Shown piece after piece: positions 9,677 through 19,501 of a stretch of DNA of 64,000 nt. Source of the DNA: a virus (lineage: Duplodnaviria; Caudoviricetes); IMG/VR virus record IMGVR_UViG_3300014204_000111, positions 1-64,000 of that record. One strand, written 5' to 3'. Under the pieces are notes generated by a model. The model saw only the letters and a list, made by a program, of their open reading frames with translations, did no database searches and had not been told where the DNA came from. A program made the position numbers and the translations under genes. The number at the start of each line of letters is the position of its first letter. The first letter of the stretch is position 1.

Positions 9677-10791
9677 TATAAACTCCTTGTTCCATCAAAA
9701 TATGTATTAATATTATCAATTAAATAATTTCTTTCTCTATTAAGAGAATCAAGTTTTGTAATATAATCTAATAATTCTTCTGGAGTTGCGGTTTGATATT
9801 TTTTTAAATTGACAAATTCCTGATGATTCCAAAGTTTAGTAACAACTTCTTTTAATTTTATCTTTGCTTCTTCATAATCTGAAACAGATATAGATAGATT
9901 ATTATCATATACCTTACATTTAGGGAACGAGATAAAACTCATTTCTCTCATTTCTAATTTATTAATTAACATATATTGCATTTGTAAATTCGTCATTAAA
10001 AGATGTGTTGTCTCTTTATCTTTGTGATTCTGTAATTTCAACTCAGTTGTATAACTAGCGTCAATTATATCTCCAAGAGACATAGTAGATATTGGTGTAG
10101 ATATCTCACTATTTCTAGTTGGTTTAACTGCAATAATCTCCATCATATTTTTAGGCCAAGCAAAATTAACCTTTGCACCGAATAATTTAGCGACAAACTT
10201 AAATTTATCTGTCCAATGAGCATAAGGAAATTCATAAGGATATACAACATCATTAATTTTAAACCCAAAATTTATCAGTATATTACATAGTTCATTATCG
10301 CTGGGAATCATAAAATTATATTTTGGGTCTAACATAGGAAGCGTTCCCCAAAGTTTATAATAAATAGAATTAGTGTTAGGAGTCGCTAAAAAGATTAGCT
10401 TGCCTCTGGGTTTAAGAGCCTTATAACATATAGATATCATATCAAGAGGATTTGGTAAATGTTGAATAACTCCTCTCATGATAATAACATCAAAAACATT
10501 TTCTTTTAATTCTTCTGCTTTCACCAAAGTAATATTTTTTGTATATTTTGCAGCATACTTGGATATTTCTATTCCATATTTTTCATAATATTTAAATACA
10601 CCTTTAATGTCTGCTTTAAAAAAGTCTCCGGTTCCACACCCTACATCTAAAACATTTCCTTTTAACGGAATTTTGTGTTCAATTCTTTTAAGTTCGTTTT
10701 GATATGTACTAATTCTATTTATATCTCGTAAATTATAAGATTTAAAATATTCTTCGTCATATAGTTCTTGTTGTTTTTCTTTATTAAACAT
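9676..10791 (-). CDS. Class I SAM-dependent methyltransferase with fused C-terminal helical domain
   Basis: VLDVGCGTG, YGIEIS, FDVI..VIQHL, LKPRG; C-terminal SLGDIID..LWNHQE..LNRERNYLIDNIN resembles DUF4254/DUF6165-type domains. Confidence 0.85.
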   Translation of the reverse strand: MFNKEKQQELYDEEYFKSYNLRDINRISTYQNELKRIEHKIPLKGNVLDVGCGTGDFFKADIKGVFKYYEKYGIEISKYAAKYTKNITLVKAEELKENVFDVIIMRGVIQHLPNPLDMISICYKALKPRGKLIFLATPNTNSIYYKLWGTLPMLDPKYNFMIPSDNELCNILINFGFKINDVVYPYEFPYAHWTDKFKFVAKLFGAKVNFAWPKNMMEIIAVKPTRNSEISTPISTMSLGDIIDASYTTELKLQNHKDKETTHLLMTNLQMQYMLINKLEMREMSFISFPKCKVYDNNLSISVSDYEEAKIKLKEVVTKLWNHQEFVNLKKYQTATPEELLDYITKLDSLNRERNYLIDNINTYFDGTRSL

Positions 10792-12148
10792 TTTGTGTTA
10801 ACCCACCTGATTTTTCTAATAATTTTTCTAATTCTTCTAAGGTTATAATTTTTACTAAATCATATTTTTCAAATTCTTTTAATAATAGAAGTACATTTTC
10901 ATATGTTTTTCTAAAATTTGTGGCTATATTGTCTATTGTCGTATAATTGTTTTGTATATACGATAATATTCTCTCTTTTTCAACTAATGAAAAAATATCT
11001 GACATAAAATTGTATAATCCAAAATTTGAAAAACATGGCATTTCATTAATTATCGATTTTGCATAATCATCTTGTTCATAATATTTAAATATATCTATCA
11101 GACTAGTTACAGTTAACATTATATTATCTTCATCATATTTATTATCTACATGAGTATGATATTCTAAGAAAGGTTTACCAAATTCATTACTAGAATCAGT
11201 CACTCTATTAAACGAATAACAAGGTATGCGAATAAAATTTAATACTCTATCATCATTACCAATATACCTAAGATTATCTGTTAATATTAAATCTTTTTTA
11301 TTACAAGATATTATATTATTATTTATAAATAATCCACTTCCATTCTTAGCAATTTTATTTATCACTTCTCTTAGAGGATTATGCCAAGAATAAGGTTGTT
11401 GACAAATTAATGGGCCATTTACTCCTATCATATCCAAAAATATAGCTATTTTTATATTTTCTTTAGAAAATTTATGTAACATACACAAAGAGCCTATGGT
11501 TTCTGGTAAAATCCAAAATCTATAAGTATATTTGTTATCTTTTATATTTAAGGCTAAATCAACTAAACCAGCGACACCTGATAATCCATCATTAACCTGA
11601 AATGGATGGTCTAAATGAGCCATAACCAAAATTTCTTCTTTTCTTTTACCTGGAATAATATATTCTAAAACTTTTAAAGACCCTTTTGAAAATTTAGATT
11701 TTATTTTTACAGTAAAATCATCACAAAATTCTTGTGATACAGCAGTTGGTCTAAATTTATCTGCACAACAAAATCCCCAATCATCTTTATAATAAGAGAA
11801 CTTAAAAGGAATACCCCAATTACATTCAGGATTACTATAAATTTTTTCGTTAACTTCTTGCCAAGTAGCATGAGGAATATTTACTGATTGAGAATACGAC
11901 ATAACATGTAATCCATGATTTTGAATATCAATAAGTTTTTGTTTAGTTTTATTATTTTTAATATAAGCCTCTGTTACAGTCCATTTTTTAGGTACTGTCC
12001 AAGTTTCTGTTTTGTATCCACTTGGAAATGAATGTATTTTTGAACCAGGAAGAAGAGATTGAAGATAAGTAATAGCTTCATCATATCCGTCAGAAACCAA
12101 ATCTCTTCTAGTATCCCATAATTTTTCAATTATCTCTTTAAATAACAT
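10784..12148 (-). CDS. DUF4910-type aminopeptidase-like (M28 fold) polysaccharide-biosynthesis protein
   Basis: WTVPKKW, LHVMSYS, SYYKDDWGFC, AHLDHP..NDGLSG, PETIGS, EYHT..D. Confidence 0.85.
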   Translation of the reverse strand: MLFKEIIEKLWDTRRDLVSDGYDEAITYLQSLLPGSKIHSFPSGYKTETWTVPKKWTVTEAYIKNNKTKQKLIDIQNHGLHVMSYSQSVNIPHATWQEVNEKIYSNPECNWGIPFKFSYYKDDWGFCCADKFRPTAVSQEFCDDFTVKIKSKFSKGSLKVLEYIIPGKRKEEILVMAHLDHPFQVNDGLSGVAGLVDLALNIKDNKYTYRFWILPETIGSLCMLHKFSKENIKIAIFLDMIGVNGPLICQQPYSWHNPLREVINKIAKNGSGLFINNNIISCNKKDLILTDNLRYIGNDDRVLNFIRIPCYSFNRVTDSSNEFGKPFLEYHTHVDNKYDEDNIMLTVTSLIDIFKYYEQDDYAKSIINEMPCFSNFGLYNFMSDIFSLVEKERILSYIQNNYTTIDNIATNFRKTYENVLLLLKEFEKYDLVKIITLEELEKLLEKSGGLTQNV

Positions 12149-12939
12149 TAAATCACCTTCCAATAATCTGGAAATTCTGCTACTTGTTCTGTGTTATTAT
12201 ATAATTCTTCATGCATTTTTTCACCCCTTCTTAGCCCTATAGTATTTATAATTGCATTGGGGTTAATAGAAGAGACTACATCTTTTAATTTAACACAATT
12301 CATCTTAGGAATATAAATTGCAGCCTCTTGAGTACTTACATTATCTAATATAAATTTTGAAGCTTTTTCTAATGTTATATAATAACGAGTTGATTCTAAA
12401 TCAGTAACTGATATAATATTATTATGTCTAAATTTTTCTATGATTGAACCAGAAGACCCCAAAAGGTTTCCCAACCTCACTCCCCAAAATAAAGTTTTTT
12501 TATCTCCTTTATTGTTATTAGCATTCATCCATAGTTTTTCTGCTACAAATTTACTAGAACCATAAAGAGAAGTTGCATTAACTGCTTTATCGCTACTAAT
12601 AAAACACGCAGAAGTTACATTGTTACAAATACAAGCCTCTATGACATTAGATGTTCCATCTATATTTGTTTTGATGACTTCACTAGGGTCGTATTCGCCG
12701 GTCTCAATGTGTTTTAATGCAGCACAGTGAATAACAAAATCAACACCTTCAGTTGCTCTTATAATTCTATCCTTATCTCTTATATCACCTAATAAATATC
12801 TAACATCTGGATAAGTTTGTCTCATTTTCCAATGTTTTAATTCATCTCTAGAGAAAACACGAATAGTATTATCTTTATCTATAGCTTTAACAAGTTCAGA
12901 ACCTAATGAACCACAACCACCTGTAATAAGAATTACCAT
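12148..12939 (-). CDS. PseB/CapD-family UDP-GlcNAc 4,6-dehydratase
   Basis: ITGGCGSLG, FSRDELK, HCAALKH, SSDKAV, YGSSK, GLRRGEKMHEEL; shorter than typical PseB. Confidence 0.88.
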   Translation of the reverse strand: MVILITGGCGSLGSELVKAIDKDNTIRVFSRDELKHWKMRQTYPDVRYLLGDIRDKDRIIRATEGVDFVIHCAALKHIETGEYDPSEVIKTNIDGTSNVIEACICNNVTSACFISSDKAVNATSLYGSSKFVAEKLWMNANNNKGDKKTLFWGVRLGNLLGSSGSIIEKFRHNNIISVTDLESTRYYITLEKASKFILDNVSTQEAAIYIPKMNCVKLKDVVSSINPNAIINTIGLRRGEKMHEELYNNTEQVAEFPDYWKVI

Positions 12940-13622
12940 TTAACATCCTTTACTGATTTACTATTTTTTAAATTACCATCAGATAAATCTATAATATTCA
13001 TATTATATATATCTATCATTTGATTTAACATTGGTATGCAATAATATTGATATTCTGTCACTGGGTAACGAAATTTTTTAGTATCTATTATTGAATATAT
13101 AGACTCATCTTCATTTAGTCCTTTATAATATACCCTTTCTTTTTTACACATATCTATTCCACAAAGATATACATCTTCATAGCCTAGTGTATAGGCTAAA
13201 TCAAGAGCGAAAGTTGCTGAAGAAAAATGTCCATATAATTTTTTATAACTACGATTTTTTAAAAGAAGCTCTTTACTTAATACACAACAAGATTCATTAT
13301 TTCTAAAGTGAGGAAATTTAATAGGGTTATTTTGATATTCTGATAATGTCATCCATATAGGATACCATTTTGTATGAGGTTGAGAATCTTTAATCATATA
13401 ATCTAAATATCTTTTGGTATTAGGTGTTGGTATATTAAACCATTCTTGTTTATTTGCTGCTCTATCCTGAGAAATCATATATGTGGCGTTAGGAACTAAT
13501 TTAATAGCTCCATTAATAACCATAATATTTTCAAATCTATCCAAATAAGGAATAATAGATAAAATGCTTGGGCCACTACCTAATATTAAAAGTTTATATG
13601 GAGATTTCGAAATAGTTATCAA
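12933..13622 (-). CDS. Maf/DUF115/Cst-like putative glycosyltransferase
   Basis: ILGSGPS, ING, SSATFALDLAYTLGYEDVYLCGIDM. Confidence 0.7.
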   Translation of the reverse strand: MITISKSPYKLLILGSGPSILSIIPYLDRFENIMVINGAIKLVPNATYMISQDRAANKQEWFNIPTPNTKRYLDYMIKDSQPHTKWYPIWMTLSEYQNNPIKFPHFRNNESCCVLSKELLLKNRSYKKLYGHFSSATFALDLAYTLGYEDVYLCGIDMCKKERVYYKGLNEDESIYSIIDTKKFRYPVTEYQYYCIPMLNQMIDIYNMNIIDLSDGNLKNSKSVKDVKW

Positions 13623-14790
13623 AAACCTCTCCTACATATTCAATGTCATCATCTGTCATTCCTTGGTGACAACCAATGTAAAAAGCTGTATCTACTAAAG
13701 ATAAAGAGACTGGAAGAGTTTTTTTTTCACGAATGTGTTTATAATCTGCTTCATAACAGTGACCATTATCAGTAGTTTGCACTAATTTATTGTTAGGGGC
13801 TTGTTTTATAATAGGTTGATTTAATATGGGCATTAAATCTCTGGTTTCAATTTGCCAATTATTCAAATGAGCTACTAATTTATCCTTTTTACCGTTTTTT
13901 ACAACAATAGGAAAGTTCATAAATGTATTTCCATGTTTTACTGGTAACTGAATGAATGAAGAATGTTGAGAAAGTCTATCCAAGAGTTTATGAGCAACTT
14001 TAATTTTAGCACCAATAATTTCATCAGCCCTTTCTGCTTGTGCTAATCCGAGAGCAGCCATATAATCTCCCATTTTAAATGAAAATCCAACCTTATCAAA
14101 GATGAATTTTTTACTTTTATCGTAAGTTTCATTTCTATTAGCTGTATATAAATTATTAGAGTCAGCTCTTCCGTGATTACAGATACTTTTTATCAAAGAA
14201 TTAAATCTCTTAGAGTTAGTACAGACCATACCACCTGAACCAGTTGTGATTTGATGTGCTGCATAAAAACTTAAACACATTAAATCTCCATAACCTGTTG
14301 TTGGCGCAAAAATACTTTCACAATTATCTTCTACTATTGGATTACTATCTGGCAATAAACAATCTCTATAATCAGGATGGTTAGCACTAATACCCATAAG
14401 ATTTACAGGACAAATAATATCATTTTGCGAAAACCGTAATTTGTGGAAACTCATATTATAAGTGTAAGGATTAACATCTACCAATTGTACTGGTAAATTA
14501 GCATTCCAAGCTGCAAAAATTGTGGAAATATATGTTGTTGCTGGACATAGAACTTTGTTTATTGAATGAGGATATACCATTTTTAAAACTTCAAATGATA
14601 GATGAAGAGCTGATTGACCACTATTTACAAATGTTCCATATTTCATCCCATGTTTATTAGCCACATAATTTTCAAATTGTTCTTGTATATTTCCTGGTGA
14701 AATCTTTCCGCTCTTAAGAACCTTTGTAACTGCATCTATCTCTTTATCTGTAATATCTACAGTTGCTAATCCAATTATTCGTTTGTCCAT
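13594..14790 (-). CDS. DegT/DnrJ/EryC1/StrS-family PLP enzyme, His-type (ColD/RfbH-like 3-dehydratase)
   Basis: VNSGQSAL, VEDNCE, SFYAAHQITTGSGG with His at the usual Schiff-base Lys position. Confidence 0.85.
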   Translation of the reverse strand: MDKRIIGLATVDITDKEIDAVTKVLKSGKISPGNIQEQFENYVANKHGMKYGTFVNSGQSALHLSFEVLKMVYPHSINKVLCPATTYISTIFAAWNANLPVQLVDVNPYTYNMSFHKLRFSQNDIICPVNLMGISANHPDYRDCLLPDSNPIVEDNCESIFAPTTGYGDLMCLSFYAAHQITTGSGGMVCTNSKRFNSLIKSICNHGRADSNNLYTANRNETYDKSKKFIFDKVGFSFKMGDYMAALGLAQAERADEIIGAKIKVAHKLLDRLSQHSSFIQLPVKHGNTFMNFPIVVKNGKKDKLVAHLNNWQIETRDLMPILNQPIIKQAPNNKLVQTTDNGHCYEADYKHIREKKTLPVSLSLVDTAFYIGCHQGMTDDDIEYVGEVFDNYFEISI

Positions 14791-15686
14791 TCTTTAATCC
14801 TTTTGTTAAATTGTTCTTTTAATGTAGCATCTTCTACGTTTATTTCTACAGCATTATCATGACCAAAAAGATAGTGCCAACCACTATAAGTTAAAGGTAA
14901 AATTTTGCTTCTAACGATGATAGATTTTTTCTGATGAAGTCCTGCTAGGAAAGAAATCCCACTATCAACTCCAATATAGTAATCTGCTAATCTAACTACT
15001 TCAGACCATTCTCTCCAAGAATAATCATCAATAATAAAATATGTATTATTTTTATTGATATAAGGAAATTGTTTAAAAATACTATCCTCTGGTAGTTGAT
15101 TGATTTGACAAGCATTAATTATAAAATTAAAATCTGATTGATAGTGAGCTATATCATTAACCATAGATGGTATTTTTTCTAAATCATATGGGTAACTTTT
15201 AGCAATCCAATCTATACAAATAGTTTTTCTTTTTGGTAAAGAATTTATTAATTTTGTAGCTTTTTCTGTATCTTTGTCAATTATATATATTTTATTGTCT
15301 ATATTCGTATCTATTGGTATATCAACCGGCTCTTTTGCAAAATCAAATAAGCTATATTTTTTGTTATTAATTTTATTCCAAAATTCATCTCTATCTAGTG
15401 AATGACAAATATATACTTTATCATAAGCCTCTTTTATTGCTGTATTATACATGTCACTAGATATGTGTTTTAAAATTTCCACCCTATCTTTACTTTGACG
15501 AACAGGTAATTTAGAGTAAGATTTAGTTATTAATATTCCAATATCAGGATTATAATCTAGTATATTTCTAAATTGTTCATCTGTATAAAATGTAACAAAA
15601 TGACCTTCATTTTTTAATGCCTTAACAATCTTTTGAGATAAAATTATATCTCCTCCTGAAAATGGCAAAACTATAGCTATATTCAT
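14775..15686 (-). CDS. GT9-like (heptosyltransferase fold) glycosyltransferase
   Basis: SGGDIILS near N-terminus, ADYYIGVDSGISFLAG. Confidence 0.75.
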   Translation of the reverse strand: MNIAIVLPFSGGDIILSQKIVKALKNEGHFVTFYTDEQFRNILDYNPDIGILITKSYSKLPVRQSKDRVEILKHISSDMYNTAIKEAYDKVYICHSLDRDEFWNKINNKKYSLFDFAKEPVDIPIDTNIDNKIYIIDKDTEKATKLINSLPKRKTICIDWIAKSYPYDLEKIPSMVNDIAHYQSDFNFIINACQINQLPEDSIFKQFPYINKNNTYFIIDDYSWREWSEVVRLADYYIGVDSGISFLAGLHQKKSIIVRSKILPLTYSGWHYLFGHDNAVEINVEDATLKEQFNKRIKEWTNE

Positions 15687-16642
15687 TTAAGTTTCTTTTT
15701 TATTGTCTTATATATTAAGTTAACATCATCCATTACTAAAGATTCAATATTTTTTGCTCCAAATGGATTATATTTATTACCAATTTCTGGATGTACTTTT
15801 ATTAATTCTTTGCTGAGAATCTCTACAATTGGTATATCCTTATTTGTTGCACAAACAGCCCAGCTTTGACCTGTGCAATAACTAATAAATAGTTTTCCAA
15901 TCTGCTTTACTCCATAAGTTGCTGCACCAAGCGGAAGGTCGCACATGATGTATGGATTATTTCCTCCAAGAGTTAATTTATTATAGAACTCTTTAGTTTT
16001 TTGTATATCTGACTTGGCATACATAAAGATTGTTTTAATCTTATCTTCTTTATAGAGTTTCTGAGCAAGAGAAATCATTTGTTCATTATTTATAGCTTTT
16101 GCAGCAGAACGAGCAAACATTTCTGAGCAAACATACTTTTGATTAGTGTCAATATTATTAGAAGCCCAATTATCCCATAATTTTTTATCTTCATCGGTTA
16201 AATTATATGAATTAGAATAACTATCTGTTTTGATAGGTAATTGTAAATTACATGCTTCTAAAAAACATTTAGCTTGATTACCATCATAACTTTGTTTAAT
16301 ATCCAAGATTTCATCTCTGTCTTCTCCAATTAATTTGATAATAACATCATATTCAGTATTATTTACTTTTAAAAAATCTTGTAAAATCTGTTTCTCTTTA
16401 TAATAATAATCAAATCCCTTACTACCTATATATTGAGGTAATATAGATTCGACAATAATCCATTTATCAATATTTGAAATATTATTAGCTACAGTGTCAT
16501 AATATGATTGTAAAATTAACCAATGTATTTGGCAATTAGGATATGCTTGCTTTATGTTTTCTAAAACAATAGACGCTAAAATAGCGTCTCCAACTGCTCC
16601 TAGAAGTACAATTAAAAAAGTTTTATTTTTTGAGTCTAGCAA
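15683..16642 (-). CDS. GT9-like glycosyltransferase
   Basis: LGAVGDAIL..IKQAYPNCQIHWL; close paralog of 18458..19501. Confidence 0.75.
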   Translation of the reverse strand: MLDSKNKTFLIVLLGAVGDAILASIVLENIKQAYPNCQIHWLILQSYYDTVANNISNIDKWIIVESILPQYIGSKGFDYYYKEKQILQDFLKVNNTEYDVIIKLIGEDRDEILDIKQSYDGNQAKCFLEACNLQLPIKTDSYSNSYNLTDEDKKLWDNWASNNIDTNQKYVCSEMFARSAAKAINNEQMISLAQKLYKEDKIKTIFMYAKSDIQKTKEFYNKLTLGGNNPYIMCDLPLGAATYGVKQIGKLFISYCTGQSWAVCATNKDIPIVEILSKELIKVHPEIGNKYNPFGAKNIESLVMDDVNLIYKTIKKKLK

Positions 16643-18461
16643 CAGCTTCTCCTATTAAATCATATGATTTAATGTCAATCACTTCAGTAGAATTATTATA
16701 ATGAGAGTCCTTCACTGTAATATTAGGTAAAACTTTAAGAACATCAGGATGAATTATTTCCAAAATAGGTGTATCAGATGTTTCACATACAGCCCACGTT
16801 TGAGCACTACTACATCCAATAAAAATAGAGCCTTGTTCTTTTATACCTTGAGCAACTTGAGCTAAAGACAAAGCGCAAAGGCGAATATTTTCAGAATTAT
16901 GTTTTGCATATCGTTTTGCTTGCTCAACAGAACAAGAGAATATAGATTTCTGACCAGTATCATCATATATTTTGTTTGCAAGATGGAAATATTCTGTAGG
17001 AGATAAAAGAGGAGTTGTACTAATAGGCAAAAACTCCCAAAAGATATATTTTTCTTGGTCTTTGACCCAATTTCTCCATTTGAGAATATCTTCCCTTAAA
17101 ATAGTGAAAGTTCCCTTCTTTTCTGCGATAGGAATAGAGACAAATCTATTTATATCTTTAATAGCAATTTCCATAATATTACCACCAGAATTTTTCCAAT
17201 TAGAACCATATTGTGTATTATCACATTCTCTTAAAACAATTAAGTTTGGTTTATGTTTTATTAATTCTCTCACTAATACTTGTTGTTTATCTATTTCATT
17301 TATAGGAGCGCCAAGAATATCATCTGCAATAATCCAGTTATCAACTCCCAGAATATTATCTGAAATTTTTGAGTATTTCTCTGCAATATACCAGTTAATA
17401 GTTGTCTTTGGATAAGCAAGTTTAATATTATTTACAACTACAGAATTACAAATTATATCACCTAAAGAGCCAAGAAGAAGAATATTAAATTCTTTGTCGT
17501 TAAAAGAAGGGACTATTGGAGCATTATTTTTCTGTATAATCTTTTTTTGAATAAATGGTTGATTTTTACGAGCACGACAATTTGCTTCATGAATTCTTTT
17601 TTGTTTATCTATTTCTTCTGCTTGTTTTCTTAATAAGGCGAGTCTTTTTTCTCTTATACTTATTGTTGGTACTGAAGACATAAGTGGTTCCTTTAAAATA
17701 AACTTATCATATTTTTCTTTTTTATCTATAATATATTGAGGTAATTCACTTAAAGGTGTAAACATACCAGGATATCTATCTGATGCAAAGTCTACTCCTT
17801 TTTTAATCTTTTCAGAAAGTTCATCTTTAATTTTACGCGTATTATATTCTTGGTGTGCCGCTGCTTCCATTTTATATTTTAATTTCTCAATATCATTAAC
17901 ATAAGCAAAGTGCCAACCAGCGTTATCAACAATATTCCAATCAATTGTATTACTATTTCTAAGATGAAAAGGATTGTATTTTTCTAATATGTCTTTAGTA
18001 AAACTTACCTGATATTGCCAAGGAATAAATTTTCCTGTATATTTATCATATAAGCGATTATTAAAATAATAATAATATAAACCAGAAATATATCTAAAAT
18101 TACCATATTGAGGTTTTTCTTTTAAAAATTCATCGGCATCAGACCAAATTATAATATCTTTTTTTGTGAGTAATGGTAAAAGTTGCTTTAAAGCTCCATG
18201 ATGAACTAGTTCTCTATTCCATGCTACGGAATTTTTTTTAAAAATCTCCTGTTCATCTCCGTCTAAAGACCCTAACTGAATATATATGATTTTATCTTTA
18301 TAGTGTCTAAACCGTTTAAAGTCAAAATTATAATCTTTTGGCAATCCTGAAGTAGTTTGATTAGACTCTATAATAACAAATTTATCAACAAACAAATGCT
18401 GCTCAAATCTTAATTCAAGCATATCATTTTCATTTAAAAATCTAAAGCAGTCGTAAATCAT
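16623..18461 (-). CDS. GT17-like domain fused to GT9-like domain
   Basis: N-terminal IYDCF..NE.DMLELR, FVIIESNQT, SDADE, GWHF; C-terminal LGSLGDII..IKLAYPKTTINW. Confidence 0.8.
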   Translation of the reverse strand: MIYDCFRFLNENDMLELRFEQHLFVDKFVIIESNQTTSGLPKDYNFDFKRFRHYKDKIIYIQLGSLDGDEQEIFKKNSVAWNRELVHHGALKQLLPLLTKKDIIIWSDADEFLKEKPQYGNFRYISGLYYYYFNNRLYDKYTGKFIPWQYQVSFTKDILEKYNPFHLRNSNTIDWNIVDNAGWHFAYVNDIEKLKYKMEAAAHQEYNTRKIKDELSEKIKKGVDFASDRYPGMFTPLSELPQYIIDKKEKYDKFILKEPLMSSVPTISIREKRLALLRKQAEEIDKQKRIHEANCRARKNQPFIQKKIIQKNNAPIVPSFNDKEFNILLLGSLGDIICNSVVVNNIKLAYPKTTINWYIAEKYSKISDNILGVDNWIIADDILGAPINEIDKQQVLVRELIKHKPNLIVLRECDNTQYGSNWKNSGGNIMEIAIKDINRFVSIPIAEKKGTFTILREDILKWRNWVKDQEKYIFWEFLPISTTPLLSPTEYFHLANKIYDDTGQKSIFSCSVEQAKRYAKHNSENIRLCALSLAQVAQGIKEQGSIFIGCSSAQTWAVCETSDTPILEIIHPDVLKVLPNITVKDSHYNNSTEVIDIKSYDLIGEAVARLKK

Positions 18462-19501
18462 AAATAGCTCTTTATCGCATTATATACGGGCATTATATCT
18501 GTTGTAACTAAAGATGTTACTTTCATTTGTCCAAACGGATTAAATTTAGCTCCAATTTCAGGATGTCTAGTAGCAGTTTTGTAATTGAGAACCTCGACAA
18601 TAGGTATTGACCTATTTGTGGCACAAACAGCCCATGTTTGTCCAGTACAATAGCTAACAAAAACACGGCCAACTTGATTTATTCCGTAAGTAGCTGCTCC
18701 TAAAGGTAAGTCACACATAATATATGAACCATCATTATTTTCTAAATCATAAAATTCTTTAGCACGAATTCTATCTGACTTAGAGTGCATAAAAATAGTT
18801 TTTACATTCTCTGTCTTATAAACCATATGAGCAAGATTAATCATAGACCAATTATTTAAGGTTGGGCCAGCAGAACGAGCAAACATTTCTGAACAAATAT
18901 ACTTCTGTTTAGTATCAATATTTTTAGACCACTCTTCCCAAAGCTCTTTATCTTCATTGGTTAAAACAAAAGAACCAGTTCTAATATTCTTACTAATAGG
19001 TAATTGTCTATTACAGGCTTCTAAAAAGCGTTCTGTTTGATTACCGTTATGATTTCCTAAACTAGTAATTCTTTTTCTATCAGGGCCAACAAGTACAACA
19101 ATTGAATCATAATGGACAGTATTTTGTTCTAAAAATGTTTTTAATAAAATAGGTTGCTTAGTAAAGTATGCTTTTTCAGAGTTAAGAAAACTTGGAACAA
19201 AAGATTCTAATATAAGCCATTTATCAACATCAACAATATTATGACTAATTACATTGTAATAATCTTTAAGTATTAACCAATGTATTTGACAACCAGGATA
19301 AGATTGCTTAATATTTTTTAAAACCGTTGAACCAAGAATAGCGTCTCCTACTGCTCCAAATAAAACAATTAAAACTGTTTGGATATTTTGTGGAGATACT
19401 AACCTTTTTCTAGAAGCTATTTGTTGTGCAAGATTTTTTTGAATTCTTAAATCTTGTGCTTGCTTTCTAGCTATTTCAAGTCTTCTTTCTCTTATATTCA
19501 T
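18458..19501 (-). CDS. GT9-like glycosyltransferase with basic N-terminal helix
   Basis: FGAVGDAILG..IKQSYPGCQIHWL; shares CSEMFARSA and CDLPLGAATYG with 15683..16642. Confidence 0.75.
   Translation of the reverse strand: MNIRERRLEIARKQAQDLRIQKNLAQQIASRKRLVSPQNIQTVLIVLFGAVGDAILGSTVLKNIKQSYPGCQIHWLILKDYYNVISHNIVDVDKWLILESFVPSFLNSEKAYFTKQPILLKTFLEQNTVHYDSIVVLVGPDRKRITSLGNHNGNQTERFLEACNRQLPISKNIRTGSFVLTNEDKELWEEWSKNIDTKQKYICSEMFARSAGPTLNNWSMINLAHMVYKTENVKTIFMHSKSDRIRAKEFYDLENNDGSYIMCDLPLGAATYGINQVGRVFVSYCTGQTWAVCATNRSIPIVEVLNYKTATRHPEIGAKFNPFGQMKVTSLVTTDIMPVYNAIKSYL

Noticed and set aside
5701-19501. Ordinary bacterial O-antigen or capsule locus
   Set aside because: No wzx, wzy, wzm/wzt or priming transferase; genes overlap thyX and share the composition and site avoidance of the phage genes.
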